Assembly (NCBI GenBank): GCA_963827755.1 | Contig: CAWHCQ010000046.1 | Location: 1 to 25,918, forward strand | Direction of reading: 5' to 3' | DNA from: an uncultured Gammaproteobacteria bacterium | GTDB lineage: Bacteria > Pseudomonadota > Gammaproteobacteria > UBA9214 | DNA length: 25,918 bases | Part shown: positions 9,950 through 19,804 of the stretch, piece by piece | How positions within the stretch are numbered: the stretch's first letter is position 1 | Layout: each line of letters starts with the position of its first letter | The notes under the pieces: model-generated | Databases searched by the model: none | Seen by the model: only the letters and a program-made list of their open reading frames with translations | What the model was told of the DNA's origin: nothing | Program-made: the position numbers and the translations under genes

Positions 9950-11638
9950 TTAGTAGTAATAGGCAACCAGGTAGATACCAAGCAGGATGACGACCCACAG
10001 GACCATGCTGCCGGTGGCCCAGGTGCGGGCCAGGATCCCCTGCGGCCCGTGATAGAGAAACAGCGTGCCGAACAGTGTCCCCAGATGTCTCAGAAAATCG
10101 ATGCGCTTGTGTGCATGCCAGCGATCGAGTACCTGCATCGCCCGGCTGATGGCCCGCGGTCCCAGCCAGCGGTAGAACCAGTCCCAGTCGAGTGTGATTG
10201 TGGGCGTGCGCTTCAGATACGGCAGCATGATGAAAAAGGCGAGCCCGGAGAACAGCAGCAGCTGCAGCATCTCGACGACGTGCGTGCGCGTGTAGGGAAC
10301 GTAATCGACCGGGAATGGCAGGATGGCATAGAGCGGTTCCGGCCACACACCGAGTGCAATGCAGAGAAAGGCGAACAGGACCATGGCCATTCGCATGTTA
10401 AGCGGCGGATCGGAGGGACGCAGACCGGAGTCCTTCTGGAAGAAGACAAACCACGGGAACTTGACCCCCGCATGCAGAAACACGCCGGCAGAACCCGCGG
10501 CCAGCAGAAACCACACCACGGCCAGATATTCGTTTGCTGCTGCCTGGGAGATCATCGACTTGCTGATGAAGCCCGATGTGAGCGGGAACGCGGAAATGGA
10601 AAGAGCGCCGATTATTCCGCAAAGTGTCGTCAGCGGCATACTCCGGTAAAGACCGCCAAGATCGGTACATTTCCGCTTGCCTGTCATATACAGCACCGAG
10701 CCTGCCGACATGAGCAACAGGGCCTTGTAGATGATGTGGGTAAAGGCATGTGCTGCCGAGCCGTTCAGGGACATCTCGGTACCAATGCCGATGCCGCAGA
10801 TCATGAAGCCGACCTGGTTTACGATGCTGTAGGCCAGAATGCGCCGCATGTCATTCTCGAGCAGTGCGTACACGATACCGTAGAAGATCATGTACAGGCC
10901 GATAAAGATCAGGATCTCGGCACCGGGGAATCCCCGCAGGAGTACGTAGACGGCCGTCTTGGTGGTAAAGGCGGAAAGAAACACCATGCCACTCGGTGAC
11001 GCCTCGGGATAGGCGTCCGGCAACCACGCCGACAGGGGCGGCGCACCGGCGTTCACCAGAAAACCGGCGAGTATCAGCCAGTGCGCGGGACTGTCCAGCG
11101 CCATGGCTGTAAACGTCACCGACCCGGTGTCAGCGACATGGCCAATGACACCGGTCAGCAGCAGAACACCGCCGAGAAGATGGATGATCAGGTAGCGCAT
11201 GCCGGCACGACGGGACTGATCCGTCATGGCGGACCACACCACCAGGGTCGAGGCCAGCGCCAGGACCTCCCAGAAAACGACCAGGGTAATCAGGTCGCCG
11301 GCAAAGACGATCCCGATCGCGCTGCCCGCACAGGCAAGACCCGCAGCCAGTTCGACGACGGCTGCACGGTTGAGGGCAAACAGACCACCTGCGAAGGTCA
11401 CGATGGCGAAGATCGTTGCGAACAAACGGCTCAGTCGGTCACCACTTACGGGCAGAAGTTCATGTCCGAGGAAGTCTGCCCGCAGGCTGACACCGTCCGG
11501 AACCTGCCAGACCAGGGCAAGCACAAGCAGCGGCAACCCCAGCACCAGGATGGCCCGCACCCTTGCGCCAAACAGTGGCAGCAGCAAGGCGCCGGCAACA
11601 AGCACCAGGCCCGGCGGCATTGCGCTAATCCCGGTCAT
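9950..11638 (-). CDS. mrpD: Na+/H+ antiporter subunit D-like (proton-conducting membrane transporter) with C-terminal extension
   Basis: FWEVLAL (TM5 Glu), WLPDAYPEA, SAFTTKT, RRILAYSIVNQVG, HIIYKALL and GFISKS motifs. Last gene of the operon. Confidence 0.88.
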   Translation of the reverse strand: MTGISAMPPGLVLVAGALLLPLFGARVRAILVLGLPLLVLALVWQVPDGVSLRADFLGHELLPVSGDRLSRLFATIFAIVTFAGGLFALNRAAVVELAAGLACAGSAIGIVFAGDLITLVVFWEVLALASTLVVWSAMTDQSRRAGMRYLIIHLLGGVLLLTGVIGHVADTGSVTFTAMALDSPAHWLILAGFLVNAGAPPLSAWLPDAYPEASPSGMVFLSAFTTKTAVYVLLRGFPGAEILIFIGLYMIFYGIVYALLENDMRRILAYSIVNQVGFMICGIGIGTEMSLNGSAAHAFTHIIYKALLLMSAGSVLYMTGKRKCTDLGGLYRSMPLTTLCGIIGALSISAFPLTSGFISKSMISQAAANEYLAVVWFLLAAGSAGVFLHAGVKFPWFVFFQKDSGLRPSDPPLNMRMAMVLFAFLCIALGVWPEPLYAILPFPVDYVPYTRTHVVEMLQLLLFSGLAFFIMLPYLKRTPTITLDWDWFYRWLGPRAISRAMQVLDRWHAHKRIDFLRHLGTLFGTLFLYHGPQGILARTWATGSMVLWVVILLGIYLVAYYY

Positions 11639-11867
11639 AGTAGCTGTCCTTTCGTTGCAGCAGGCGACCGAGCAGTTTGGCGAGCAGGATCATGCCGATG
11701 CAGGTCAAAAAACCGTACCACGCATTAAAGGCGAAGCTGCCATCGAGCCCGAACCAGGCGTGTACATCCGTGAACAGACTCGCGAGGACCGTCAGGGCCA
11801 GAATGCACAGAAATATGATCCACAGCATGCGAATGGTCCCGGGGCGTACCAGCCAGTGCTGCTTCAT
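11625..11867 (-). CDS. Small two-TM membrane protein embedded in the mrp operon
   Basis: 80-aa ORF overlapping both neighbours (ATGA at 11864-11867). Two hydrophobic helices; WLVRP, F.AWYGF..C and RKDSYYD motifs. Confidence 0.8.
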   Translation of the reverse strand: MKQHWLVRPGTIRMLWIIFLCILALTVLASLFTDVHAWFGLDGSFAFNAWYGFLTCIGMILLAKLLGRLLQRKDSYYDRD

Positions 11868-13343
11868 TTGCCTGCTCCGGCAAGTTGTGACACCAGTTCA
11901 AGGGGAAAATCCGGAAGGAAGAACAGAACCACCGTGCCTGCTGCGGTTACGGTAATTGCCAGCACGAGCGCAAGCGGCACCTCCCCGTGCGCATCCCTGT
12001 TAACGTCTCCCGGGGTGCTGTCAGGCATACGGAAGAAGGCCGCATAAACAATGGGCAGGAAGTAAGCGGCATTGAGAAGCGTACTCGCTACAATTACGCC
12101 GACGGCAAACATCTGTTGAGCCTCGATGGCACCGAGCAGAATATACCACTTGCTGACAAAGCCGGCCGTTGGCGGCACACCGATCATCGAGAGCGCACCC
12201 ACGGCGAAGGCCCCCATGGTCCAGGGCATGCGCCGCCCGATACCGTTCATCTCACTGATATCGGTCTTGCGTGTTGCGATCAGGATAGCGCCGGCGCAGA
12301 AGAACAGCGTGATCTTGGCAAAGGCGTGCATGACAATATGCAGACCACCTCCCACGATACCGAGTGGCGTGACCAGCAATGCACACAGCACGATGTAGGA
12401 CAACTGACTGATGGTGGACCAGGCGAGCCGCAGCTTGAGGTTGTCCTGGCGCAGGGCAACCAGTGCGGCCAGCAATATGGTTGCAGCAGCCACATACATC
12501 AGCCACTCGGTGGCCGGAATCTCCGCGAGGAAGTCGATACCGAATATGTAGACAGCTACCTTGAGTATGGTAAACACGCCGGCCTTGACCACGGCGACGG
12601 CATGCAACAGGGCGCTCACCGGTGTCGGCGCCACCATGGCAGCCGGCAGCCACAGGTGAAACGGCATGACCGCGGCCTTGCCGATGCCGAAGACAAAGAG
12701 CACCAGCAGGATGCCCGCGATGCCGGGCGTCACTACCCCATTGAGTATGCCGCCGGGACGGAAGTCCAGAGTGCCGGTCAGTGACCAGGTCCAGACCAGC
12801 GCCAGCAACAGCAGGATGACGGATGTACCCAGCAGGTAACCGAGGTACATGCGGCCTCCTTCGCGGGCCGCATCGTCGCCGGCATGAGTCACCAGCGGAT
12901 AGGTCGACAGGGTGAGCAGTTCATAGAAAATGAACAGCGTGAACAGGTTGCCGGCAAACGCAATGCCCATGGTGCTGCCGAGCGCCACGGCAAAATAACT
13001 GTAGAACGAAGTCTGGCGCCATTCGTGGTGGCTGCGCAGGTAGCCTATGGAATACACCGACGTCACCACCCACAGAAAACTCGCAAGCAGGGCAAACAGC
13101 ATACCCAGCGGTTCGACCTCGAAAGCCGATTTTCAGTCCGGGCAGAGGTTCAGCGAGATTGATGGCCGGCCGGGCCCCGCCCAGGACATCATCGTGCAGC
13201 GAATACACCAGCAGGAACAGGGAAGCCGAGGTCAGCAGGGTGACGGCTTCCCGTGGATTGGGCCAGCGGTGCAATGCCGTGATCAGGGCCGGTGCCAGCA
13301 GCGGCAGGGCAATGCAGGCCAGCACTGTCATCTCCGGGCTCAT
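11864..13343 (-). CDS. Monovalent cation/H+ antiporter D-family subunit with MrpA/NuoL-type TM7-TM8 signature; +1 frameshift near 13127
   Basis: N-terminus from ORF 12921..13343 (WPNPREAVT...LPGLKI) joins AFEVEPLGMLFALLAS... of ORF 11864..13102. Motifs FYELLTL, GKAA.MPFH.WLPAAMVAPTPVSALLHAVAVVKAG and GFVSKWY. Confidence 0.88.
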
Positions 13344-13365
13344 GCAGATGTGGCACCCACAGGTT

Positions 13366-14850
13366 TCATTGCACCCCCTGCCCGATCAGGACGCTGGCGC
13401 CCTGGCCCGCGATCCCGGAGATCAGACTGGTGTTAACACCAAAGTAGAGGTTCGCGCCGATTAGCAGCCAGGTGGGTATGAGCATGATGGCCGGCGCCTC
13501 CTTCACATTGTGCACAGCAGCACCGGGTGCGAAAAAATAAGCGGCCTCCACCACGCGCCAGATATATATCAGCGCGAGCAATGAACTCACCAGGATAAGG
13601 ACGGCCAGTGGCCAGTAGCCTTCAGCAAGCACTGCACTGACGAGGTACCACTTGCTGATAAACCCGGCCGTCAGCGGTATGCCGATCAGGCTTAGCCCTC
13701 CCACCACGAATGCCGCCATGGTCCAGGGCATCTGCCTTGCAAGTCCGTGCATGTCCCGGAGCTCAACCGAGCCCAGGCGCAGGAAAATGCAGCCCATGGC
13801 AAGAAACAGCGCGCCCTTTATCAGGGCATGATTGAAAAGATGGAGCATGCCCGCACTAACGCCGTCAACGGTGGCCAGGCTGATACCCAGGATGATGTAG
13901 CCGATCTGGGCCACGCTCGAGTAGGCCAGCATCCGTTTGACATTGTCCTGAAAAATGGCGACCAGCGAGGCGACCAGGATAGCGGCAACCGCCAGCAGCA
14001 TGAGGATCTCGCCGACATGCATGGCATCAAAAGAAAAGCGGATACCGAATATCGTGAAGAAGAACCGCAGCAGTACGTACACCCCGACCTTGGTCGCGGT
14101 GGCGGCAATGAATGCCGATACGGCCGAGGGGGCGAACGTATAGGCGTTCGGCAGCCAGAGGTGCAGCGGGAACAGCGCAAGCTTGATGCTGACACCAACG
14201 GTCACAAAGGCAAAGGCGACCCTGATGGTTCGTGTATCCGCGACGTCAGGCAAGCGCTGCGAGAGGTCCATCATGTTGAGCGTGCCGGTCATCATGTACA
14301 GAAACCCGATCCCGATAAGAATAAAGGTGGCCCCGATGGTGCCCATCACCAGGTACTGGTAGGCCGCGGTCAGGGCGCGGCGCGTGGAACCCAGGCTGAT
14401 AAGCACATAGGAAGACAGCGAGGATATCTCCAGGAACACGAAGAGATTGAAGACATCACCGGTTACCACGATCCCCAGCAGTCCGGTCAGGCATAGCAGG
14501 TAGCAGGTATAGAAAAGCGACGCGTGCTTCCTGAGCATTTCATGCTGGATGCTGCGCCAGGCATATGGCATCACTATGGCGCCGACAGCCGCAATGATAA
14601 GGATCATCAGTACGCCGGCCATATCGACCCGGTATTCGATCCCCCATGGCATTGCCCAGGCACCGAGGGCATAGGAAATCGTCCCCTGGGTATACACATG
14701 CTGCGCAAGCATTACCGCGACGGCCAGCACCAGCCAGCTGACTGTCAGTGCGCAGACCCAGGCATGGCGGGGATTGCGCAAAAGCAGGCATACCGGGGCC
14801 GAGACCAGCGGGATAACAACCTGCAGCGCGGGAAGGTTGGAGATAAACAC
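13366..14850 (-). CDS. mrpD: Na+/H+ antiporter subunit D (GTG start)
   Basis: GIEYRVD, GDVFNLFVFLEISSLSSY, KLALFPLHLWLPNAY, ATATKVG, KRMLAYSS, NHALIKG and GFISKWYL motifs. Confidence 0.92.
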   Translation of the reverse strand: MFISNLPALQVVIPLVSAPVCLLLRNPRHAWVCALTVSWLVLAVAVMLAQHVYTQGTISYALGAWAMPWGIEYRVDMAGVLMILIIAAVGAIVMPYAWRSIQHEMLRKHASLFYTCYLLCLTGLLGIVVTGDVFNLFVFLEISSLSSYVLISLGSTRRALTAAYQYLVMGTIGATFILIGIGFLYMMTGTLNMMDLSQRLPDVADTRTIRVAFAFVTVGVSIKLALFPLHLWLPNAYTFAPSAVSAFIAATATKVGVYVLLRFFFTIFGIRFSFDAMHVGEILMLLAVAAILVASLVAIFQDNVKRMLAYSSVAQIGYIILGISLATVDGVSAGMLHLFNHALIKGALFLAMGCIFLRLGSVELRDMHGLARQMPWTMAAFVVGGLSLIGIPLTAGFISKWYLVSAVLAEGYWPLAVLILVSSLLALIYIWRVVEAAYFFAPGAAVHNVKEAPAIMLIPTWLLIGANLYFGVNTSLISGIAGQGASVLIGQGVQ

Positions 14851-14860
14851 GTGAACGGTC

Positions 14861-15217
14861 TCAGTCTTCCTCGTCCTGGACGTGGATATCGTCTTCGTTC
14901 ATTGTGCCGTAGGCTTCCCTGATTCGAACCACCAGCGCAAGTCCAAGGGCCGTGGTTGCAAGGCTGACAACGATCGCTGTGAGAATCAGCACGTGCGGCA
15001 GCGGGTTGGAGTACACGCTGATGCCTTCTTCAATAATCGGGGCCGTGCCTCCCTCTATCTTTGCCATACTGATAAAAAGAATAAAGACCGATGTCTGGAA
15101 GATAAACAGGCCAATGATTTTCTTGATCAGGTTGGGTCGTGCTATAACGATATAGAATCCGGTCATCATCAGGATGATGACGATCTAGTAGTTGAAGTGT
15201 CCCAGCAGTTCAGACAT
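14861..15217 (-). CDS. mrpC: Na+/H+ antiporter subunit C; in-frame TAG at codon 11 (15187-15185)
   Basis: ATG 15217 overlaps the mrpB stop (TGATG). Reads MSELLGHFNY*IVIILMMTGFY...NLIKKIIGL...NPLPHVLILTAIVV. Confidence 0.88.
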
Positions 15218-16197
15218 CACATATCCTCAGGCGCCTGGCAATGGCGACTGACAAACCCGTAATAGATGAGGAGCACTACGGAGGCAACGGTAATACCGAC
15301 ACCCACCTCGATCAACATGATGCCCAGGTGCTGTCCGGTTACCGGGTCGTCTGCCAGCACGCGGTATTCAAGGAATTTCCCGCCAAGCAGCATGCTCTCG
15401 ATACCGACAGCGATATAAATCAGCACACCAGCCGCCATCATGAAACGCAAAAACGCGCGCGGTATTAGCCGCTGTGCATTGCCCAGCCCAAAGGCCAGTG
15501 CGTAGAGAATAATACCGGTCGCAAAGATCACCCCCGCCTGGAATCCGCCGCCGGGGCCGTAATCACCATGCAACAGCACATAGAGCGCAAACAACAGTAT
15601 CAGTGGAAAGAACAGCTTGGCGATGACACGCAGGACAACCAGTTTCCTGATTCCCGGGACCTGTATATTGCACCTGCGGAGGCGATAACCAAGCAAGGCC
15701 ATCACGCCCACACCGGCTGTGAAAATTACCGTCACCTCACCCAGGGTATCGTAACCACGATAACTGGCCAGCACCGAGGTTACGACGTTCGGGACACCGG
15801 TAACACCAGGCGTATCCCGCAGATAGGTTGGTGCAAGATACTGGTGGACGGGGGCTGACGGATCACCGTAGTGCGGCATATCCAGGGTGCCATAGACCAG
15901 TGCCGCCCCGGTTGCGAACACCACGATCAATGGCAGCAGCGGGGCATGCCACGGTGTTTTTTCCTCGTCGTTGGTCAATGCCACCGCAGCCAGCATCAGG
16001 ACGGTGGAAATGCCCGCGCCGATGGCGGCCTCGGTCAGGGCAACATCCACGGCGTCCAGCACCACGAACAATGAGGCCGAGAGCAGGCTGTAAATACTGG
16101 TCAGCATGGCCAGCGCGAGCAGGCTGCGTATGCGCGCGATGGCAAATCCGGTAATCATCAGCAGTCCGAGCAATACAATGTCAACCAGGTGTCCCAT
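15217..16197 (-). CDS. mrpB: Na+/H+ antiporter subunit B fused to an N-terminal DUF4040 (MrpA C-terminal/MbhD-E-like) region
   Basis: DAVDVALTEAAIGAG (DUF4040), NVVTSVLASYRGYDTLGEVTV and HGDYGPGGGFQAGVI (MnhB) motifs. Confidence 0.9.
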   Translation of the reverse strand: MGHLVDIVLLGLLMITGFAIARIRSLLALAMLTSIYSLLSASLFVVLDAVDVALTEAAIGAGISTVLMLAAVALTNDEEKTPWHAPLLPLIVVFATGAALVYGTLDMPHYGDPSAPVHQYLAPTYLRDTPGVTGVPNVVTSVLASYRGYDTLGEVTVIFTAGVGVMALLGYRLRRCNIQVPGIRKLVVLRVIAKLFFPLILLFALYVLLHGDYGPGGGFQAGVIFATGIILYALAFGLGNAQRLIPRAFLRFMMAAGVLIYIAVGIESMLLGGKFLEYRVLADDPVTGQHLGIMLIEVGVGITVASVVLLIYYGFVSRHCQAPEDM

Positions 16198-16199
16198 TC

Positions 16200-16514
16200 T
16201 TACGGCTCGCGCTCATCGACAAGCGGTTTCTGCTTCGACTGCATGGCGGCCTCGGCCAGTGCATGCACGGCAGTCGGGCCGGTGAACATCATAAAGTAGA
16301 ACACCAGCAGCAACTTCACCGTCACCAGGCTAAGACCACCCTGCAGCATCAGGCCGACCAGAACGAGCCCTGCTCCCATGGTGTCACACACACTGACGGC
16401 GTGCAGGCGGGTATAAAAGTCCGGAAACCGCAGTGCGCCGATGGCCCCGACCAGCAGGAAGATCGCGCCCCCCAGCAGGAGGATCCAGCTCAGGACATCA
16501 AGCAGAGTCTCCAT
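16200..16514 (-). CDS. mrpG: Na+/H+ antiporter subunit G
   Basis: GALRFPDFYTRLHA...DTMGA...GPTAVHALA. Confidence 0.93.
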   Translation of the reverse strand: METLLDVLSWILLLGGAIFLLVGAIGALRFPDFYTRLHAVSVCDTMGAGLVLVGLMLQGGLSLVTVKLLLVFYFMMFTGPTAVHALAEAAMQSKQKPLVDEREP

Positions 16515-16798
16515 TACTCCTCCCCGGACTCCATTGTGCTGCTGTCTGTCGGGTTGTGGCTGATGTAGACCCTGAGCACGGCAATTGTGCTCACGAACGA
16601 AATCAGGACGTAGACCAGGGCAATATCCAGAAACTCGGGCCGCCCGGTCAAAAAACCGAGGACAGCCACCATCAGCACGGTCAGAGTGCCGACCATGTTG
16701 GCCGCCATGATACGGTCATAGAGTGTCGGTCCGAGAAAGGCGCGCACCAGACCAATGGCAATGGCGATCAGGATTGCGATTGTGACTACGATGTACAT
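16514..16798 (-). CDS. mrpF: Na+/H+ antiporter subunit F
   Basis: RAFLGPTLYDRIMA...FLDIALVYVLISFVSTIA. TAATG coupling at both ends. Confidence 0.93.
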   Translation of the reverse strand: MYIVVTIAILIAIAIGLVRAFLGPTLYDRIMAANMVGTLTVLMVAVLGFLTGRPEFLDIALVYVLISFVSTIAVLRVYISHNPTDSSTMESGEE

Positions 16799-17283
16799 TA
16801 AAAAACGCTCTCCACATCGCAGACCCGACGATTCATCTCTCCACTCTTGAGATCATCCGCAGCTTCACGTGTGAGGGCATGCACCGTGAATACATCCTCA
16901 TCGACGTCCATGGTAACCGTGCCAGGCACCAGGGTGATCGAATTTGCATACATGGCCCGTCCCAGATCAGTTTTCTGAGTGCCCCGGATAGTGAAAACGG
17001 TGGGGCTGATCGGCAGACGGGGATTCAGAATACGGCGAGTGACGTCTATGTTTGACTTGATGATTTCCCGGCCCAGCCATGCCCAGTAGAACAGCACCGA
17101 TGATTTTATGAGAACCGGCTGGGTTTCCCGGTCGATCAGGTCGGCACGGGTCGCCAGAAACACGACGAACAGGGTAGACAGTACGCCAAACAGAATCATC
17201 AGGGGCGTGTAATGGCCGGATAACAGCACCCAGATGGCAAACAGGAACAGCCCCAGGTTGATTGCATGTTGCAGCTTGCTCAC
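16798..17283 (-). CDS. mrpE: Na+/H+ antiporter subunit E (likely GTG start at 17283)
   Basis: WVLLSGHY...EIIKSNIDV...ISP...ANSITLVPGTVT...VHAL. Purine-rich RBS GGGGAGAGAAGG before the GTG. Confidence 0.92.
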   Translation of the reverse strand: MSKLQHAINLGLFLFAIWVLLSGHYTPLMILFGVLSTLFVVFLATRADLIDRETQPVLIKSSVLFYWAWLGREIIKSNIDVTRRILNPRLPISPTVFTIRGTQKTDLGRAMYANSITLVPGTVTMDVDEDVFTVHALTREAADDLKSGEMNRRVCDVESVF

Positions 17284-17463
17284 CCTTCTCTCCCCGCAGG
17301 ATCTTTTACGGTCAACTGGGTTCAGGAACCAACAGAACGGCACAAACCACCAAAGTCAGGCAGTTTCGGCGACTCGCTTTCAGGTTCTTCCAGTTTGCGC
17401 GTCTCGCCTGCCTGGTAACAAGCGTAACACGATGCGCGCCCGGATGATTGCATTGCAGAGCTG

Positions 17464-19560
17464 TCAGCGGCGTTCAAATACCACCACGCTGCGCGCTTGC
17501 ACGCTGTACACGGGTGCTGATTGCAGGGACTGGTCGACAGGCAGGATGATGTCCAGTGGCGATTTCCCGGCCGTATCGATCGCCACGTGCCAGCCACCCT
17601 CGGCAACCCCCGGCAGGGGCATATCCAGTTTTTTCGACCCCATGTTCAGCACCAGGAACAGGTCCTCTTCCCAGGCCTCGAGCGCGCCCAGCGTACAGGC
17701 AAGCAGCCGTGCATCGGCATCTTCCCAGAGCGGTTTTTCAAGGCGCTCATCATGCCAGCTGATATCCGGGAACAAGTGCCCTTCCCGTTCCAGCCCGTTC
17801 AGGAAGCGGCTGTGCATCAGGCAGGGGTGGCGCCTGCGAAAGGCAATCATGAGTCGTGTAAAACGCAGCATCTCCCTGTTTCTCTCAGTCAGGCTCCAGT
17901 CGAACCAGCCCAGTTCGTTGTCCTGGCACCAGACGTTGTTGTTGCCATGCTGGGTTCGCAGCACCTCGTCACCGGCGCTGATCATGGGTATCCCCTGGCT
18001 GAGCAGCAGTATCGCCATGAAGTTCTTCGCCTGCCTGCGACGCAGCGCGAGGATTTTTTTGTCATCGGTTTCGCCTTCAACGCCACAGTTCCAGCTGAGA
18101 ACATTGCTGTTGCCGTCGAGGTTATTCTCGCCATTCTCTTTATTATGCTTTTTGTTATAACTCACCAGGTCATACAACGTGAAGCCGTCATGACACGTGA
18201 TAAAATTGATGCTGTTGCTCGGCAGCCGGTCATCATCCGCGTAGAGATCGCTGCTGCCAGTGAAGCGCCGTGCCAGTTCACTGCGCATGCCCTCGTCGCC
18301 ACGCACGAAACGGCGGACAACGTCCCGGTACCGCCCGTTCCATTCGGACCAGCGAAAACCGGGAAAATCTCCCACCTGGTAAAGGCCCGCCGCGTCCCAG
18401 GCCTCGGCAATGATGCGTGTCTCGCTGAGGACATTGGAAAACTCGATATTCCACAACACCGGGGCATGGTAGAGCGGCTCGCCATCCTCGCCGCGTGACA
18501 GCACACTGGCGAGGTCAAAGCGGAAGCCGTCCACGTGCATCTCGCGTACCCAGTATTCGAGACACTCGAGGATGAACTTCGACACCAGCGGGTGGTTGCA
18601 GTTGAGGGTGTTGCCGCAGCCGGTGTAATCGCGGTAGACATCGCGGTCCTCCGGGTCGAGGTGGTAGAAAGTCTCGTTGCCGATACCCTTGAAATTGATG
18701 AGCGGGCCTCCCGCACCGCCCTCGGCCGTGTGATTGAAAACCACGTCGAGGATGACACCGATGCCCGCCTCATGCAGCGCCTTGACCATATCGCGGAACT
18801 CGTGAACATGGGCACCGGCAAGCGGCGAGACACAATAACCGGGATGCGGGCTGAAATAGCTGTGGGTGCTGTAACCCCAGAAATTGCCCAGGCCGAGTTT
18901 TGCCACACCCTCGGGTACATCCTGTTCGTCAAAGGCCATCACGGGCAGCAGTTCAATATGGGTAACACCAAGTTCCACCAGGTACGGAATCTTCTCGATA
19001 ACGCCGAGGAAAGTTCCCGGCTGGTTGACGCCGGAAGCCGGGTGCCGGGTAAAACCTCCGACATGCATTTCGTAGATAATGGTTCGTTCAGGATAAATAC
19101 AACCCAGTGGTTCATCACCCTCCCAGTCATACACGGAGGACTGCACCACGCCACGCATGGAGGTGGCGATATTGCTGCCCGGGGCCGCTGCCGCGGCGCG
19201 CTGCCACAGGTTATCGGTCACCCCGCGCGCCCAGGGATCGAGCAGGATCTTCTCGCGGTCAAAACGAAACCCGGACTGACGCACGTCATCCGGTCCGTCG
19301 ACACGCCAGGCGTACAGGGTGCCCGCCGGCAGATCCTCGACCAGCACGTTCCAGAAGAAAAACATGCGGTGCACCCGCGAATCAAGGGGAATGATCTGGA
19401 AGGGTTCGATGCTGTCCGCCGTTTCAAACAGCAGCAATTCAACGTGGCTGGCATGGCGGCTGTAGATGGAAAAATTCACGCCGCCGGCAACCACTGTGGC
19501 GCCCGCGGGATAGCGGCTGCCGGGGCGAACCGTGTAGGCCATGCTGGACTTGGCAGTCAC
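17464..19560 (-). CDS. glgX: Glycogen debranching enzyme / isoamylase (CBM48 + GH13)
   Basis: GVNFSIYS, LLDPWA, IYEMHV.GFT, IELLPV, NFWGY, DVVFNHTAEG. Catalytic motifs DGFRFDLAS, IAEAWD and NFITCHDGFTL; GNNNVWCQDNE. Start may be ATG 19542. Confidence 0.96.
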   Translation of the reverse strand: MTAKSSMAYTVRPGSRYPAGATVVAGGVNFSIYSRHASHVELLLFETADSIEPFQIIPLDSRVHRMFFFWNVLVEDLPAGTLYAWRVDGPDDVRQSGFRFDREKILLDPWARGVTDNLWQRAAAAAPGSNIATSMRGVVQSSVYDWEGDEPLGCIYPERTIIYEMHVGGFTRHPASGVNQPGTFLGVIEKIPYLVELGVTHIELLPVMAFDEQDVPEGVAKLGLGNFWGYSTHSYFSPHPGYCVSPLAGAHVHEFRDMVKALHEAGIGVILDVVFNHTAEGGAGGPLINFKGIGNETFYHLDPEDRDVYRDYTGCGNTLNCNHPLVSKFILECLEYWVREMHVDGFRFDLASVLSRGEDGEPLYHAPVLWNIEFSNVLSETRIIAEAWDAAGLYQVGDFPGFRWSEWNGRYRDVVRRFVRGDEGMRSELARRFTGSSDLYADDDRLPSNSINFITCHDGFTLYDLVSYNKKHNKENGENNLDGNSNVLSWNCGVEGETDDKKILALRRRQAKNFMAILLLSQGIPMISAGDEVLRTQHGNNNVWCQDNELGWFDWSLTERNREMLRFTRLMIAFRRRHPCLMHSRFLNGLEREGHLFPDISWHDERLEKPLWEDADARLLACTLGALEAWEEDLFLVLNMGSKKLDMPLPGVAEGGWHVAIDTAGKSPLDIILPVDQSLQSAPVYSVQARSVVVFERR

Positions 19561-19766
19561 CGCTCAGTCCCTGCCATGCCGCTGCTCGAAGCATCGAGCT
19601 GAACATTCACTCATTTTCCAAAACCTTTTGGCATAATCTATTTTTATTACAGACATGTGACACGAACACACAGGCAATACACGACACCCCGGGACTGTCT
19701 CGGGCACCCGGGGCATACTGGCGCCGGCACCCGCAACATACCGTCAAGAGTGTAGCATCAGCACGC

Positions 19767-19795
19767 TTTAACTTGAACTGACGGCGGAGTAGACT
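19767..19795 (+). promoter_or_regulatory. Putative sigma70 promoter of the second (MBX-like) operon
   Basis: TTTAAC (19767-72), 17-nt spacer, TAGACT (19790-95), ending 9 nt before ATG 19805. Confidence 0.35.
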
Positions 19796-19804
19796 AGCGC
19801 CACA

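Noticed and set aside
850-13130. Programmed ribosomal frameshifting or phase variation
   Set aside because: The breaks have no slippery heptamers or long simple repeats, and they are scattered over unrelated genes.
15185-15187. Genome-wide TAG recoding or pyrrolysine
   Set aside because: TAG ends other genes normally here (5605-5607, 11625-11627, 20568-20570), and no pyl genes are present in the window.
9950-17283. Complex I (nuo) operon
   Set aside because: It contains MrpE/F/G/B and no NuoH or soluble redox subunits.
19656-19672. CRP-like site TGTGA...ACACA
   Set aside because: Half-site spacing is not 6 nt and the second half-site is poor.
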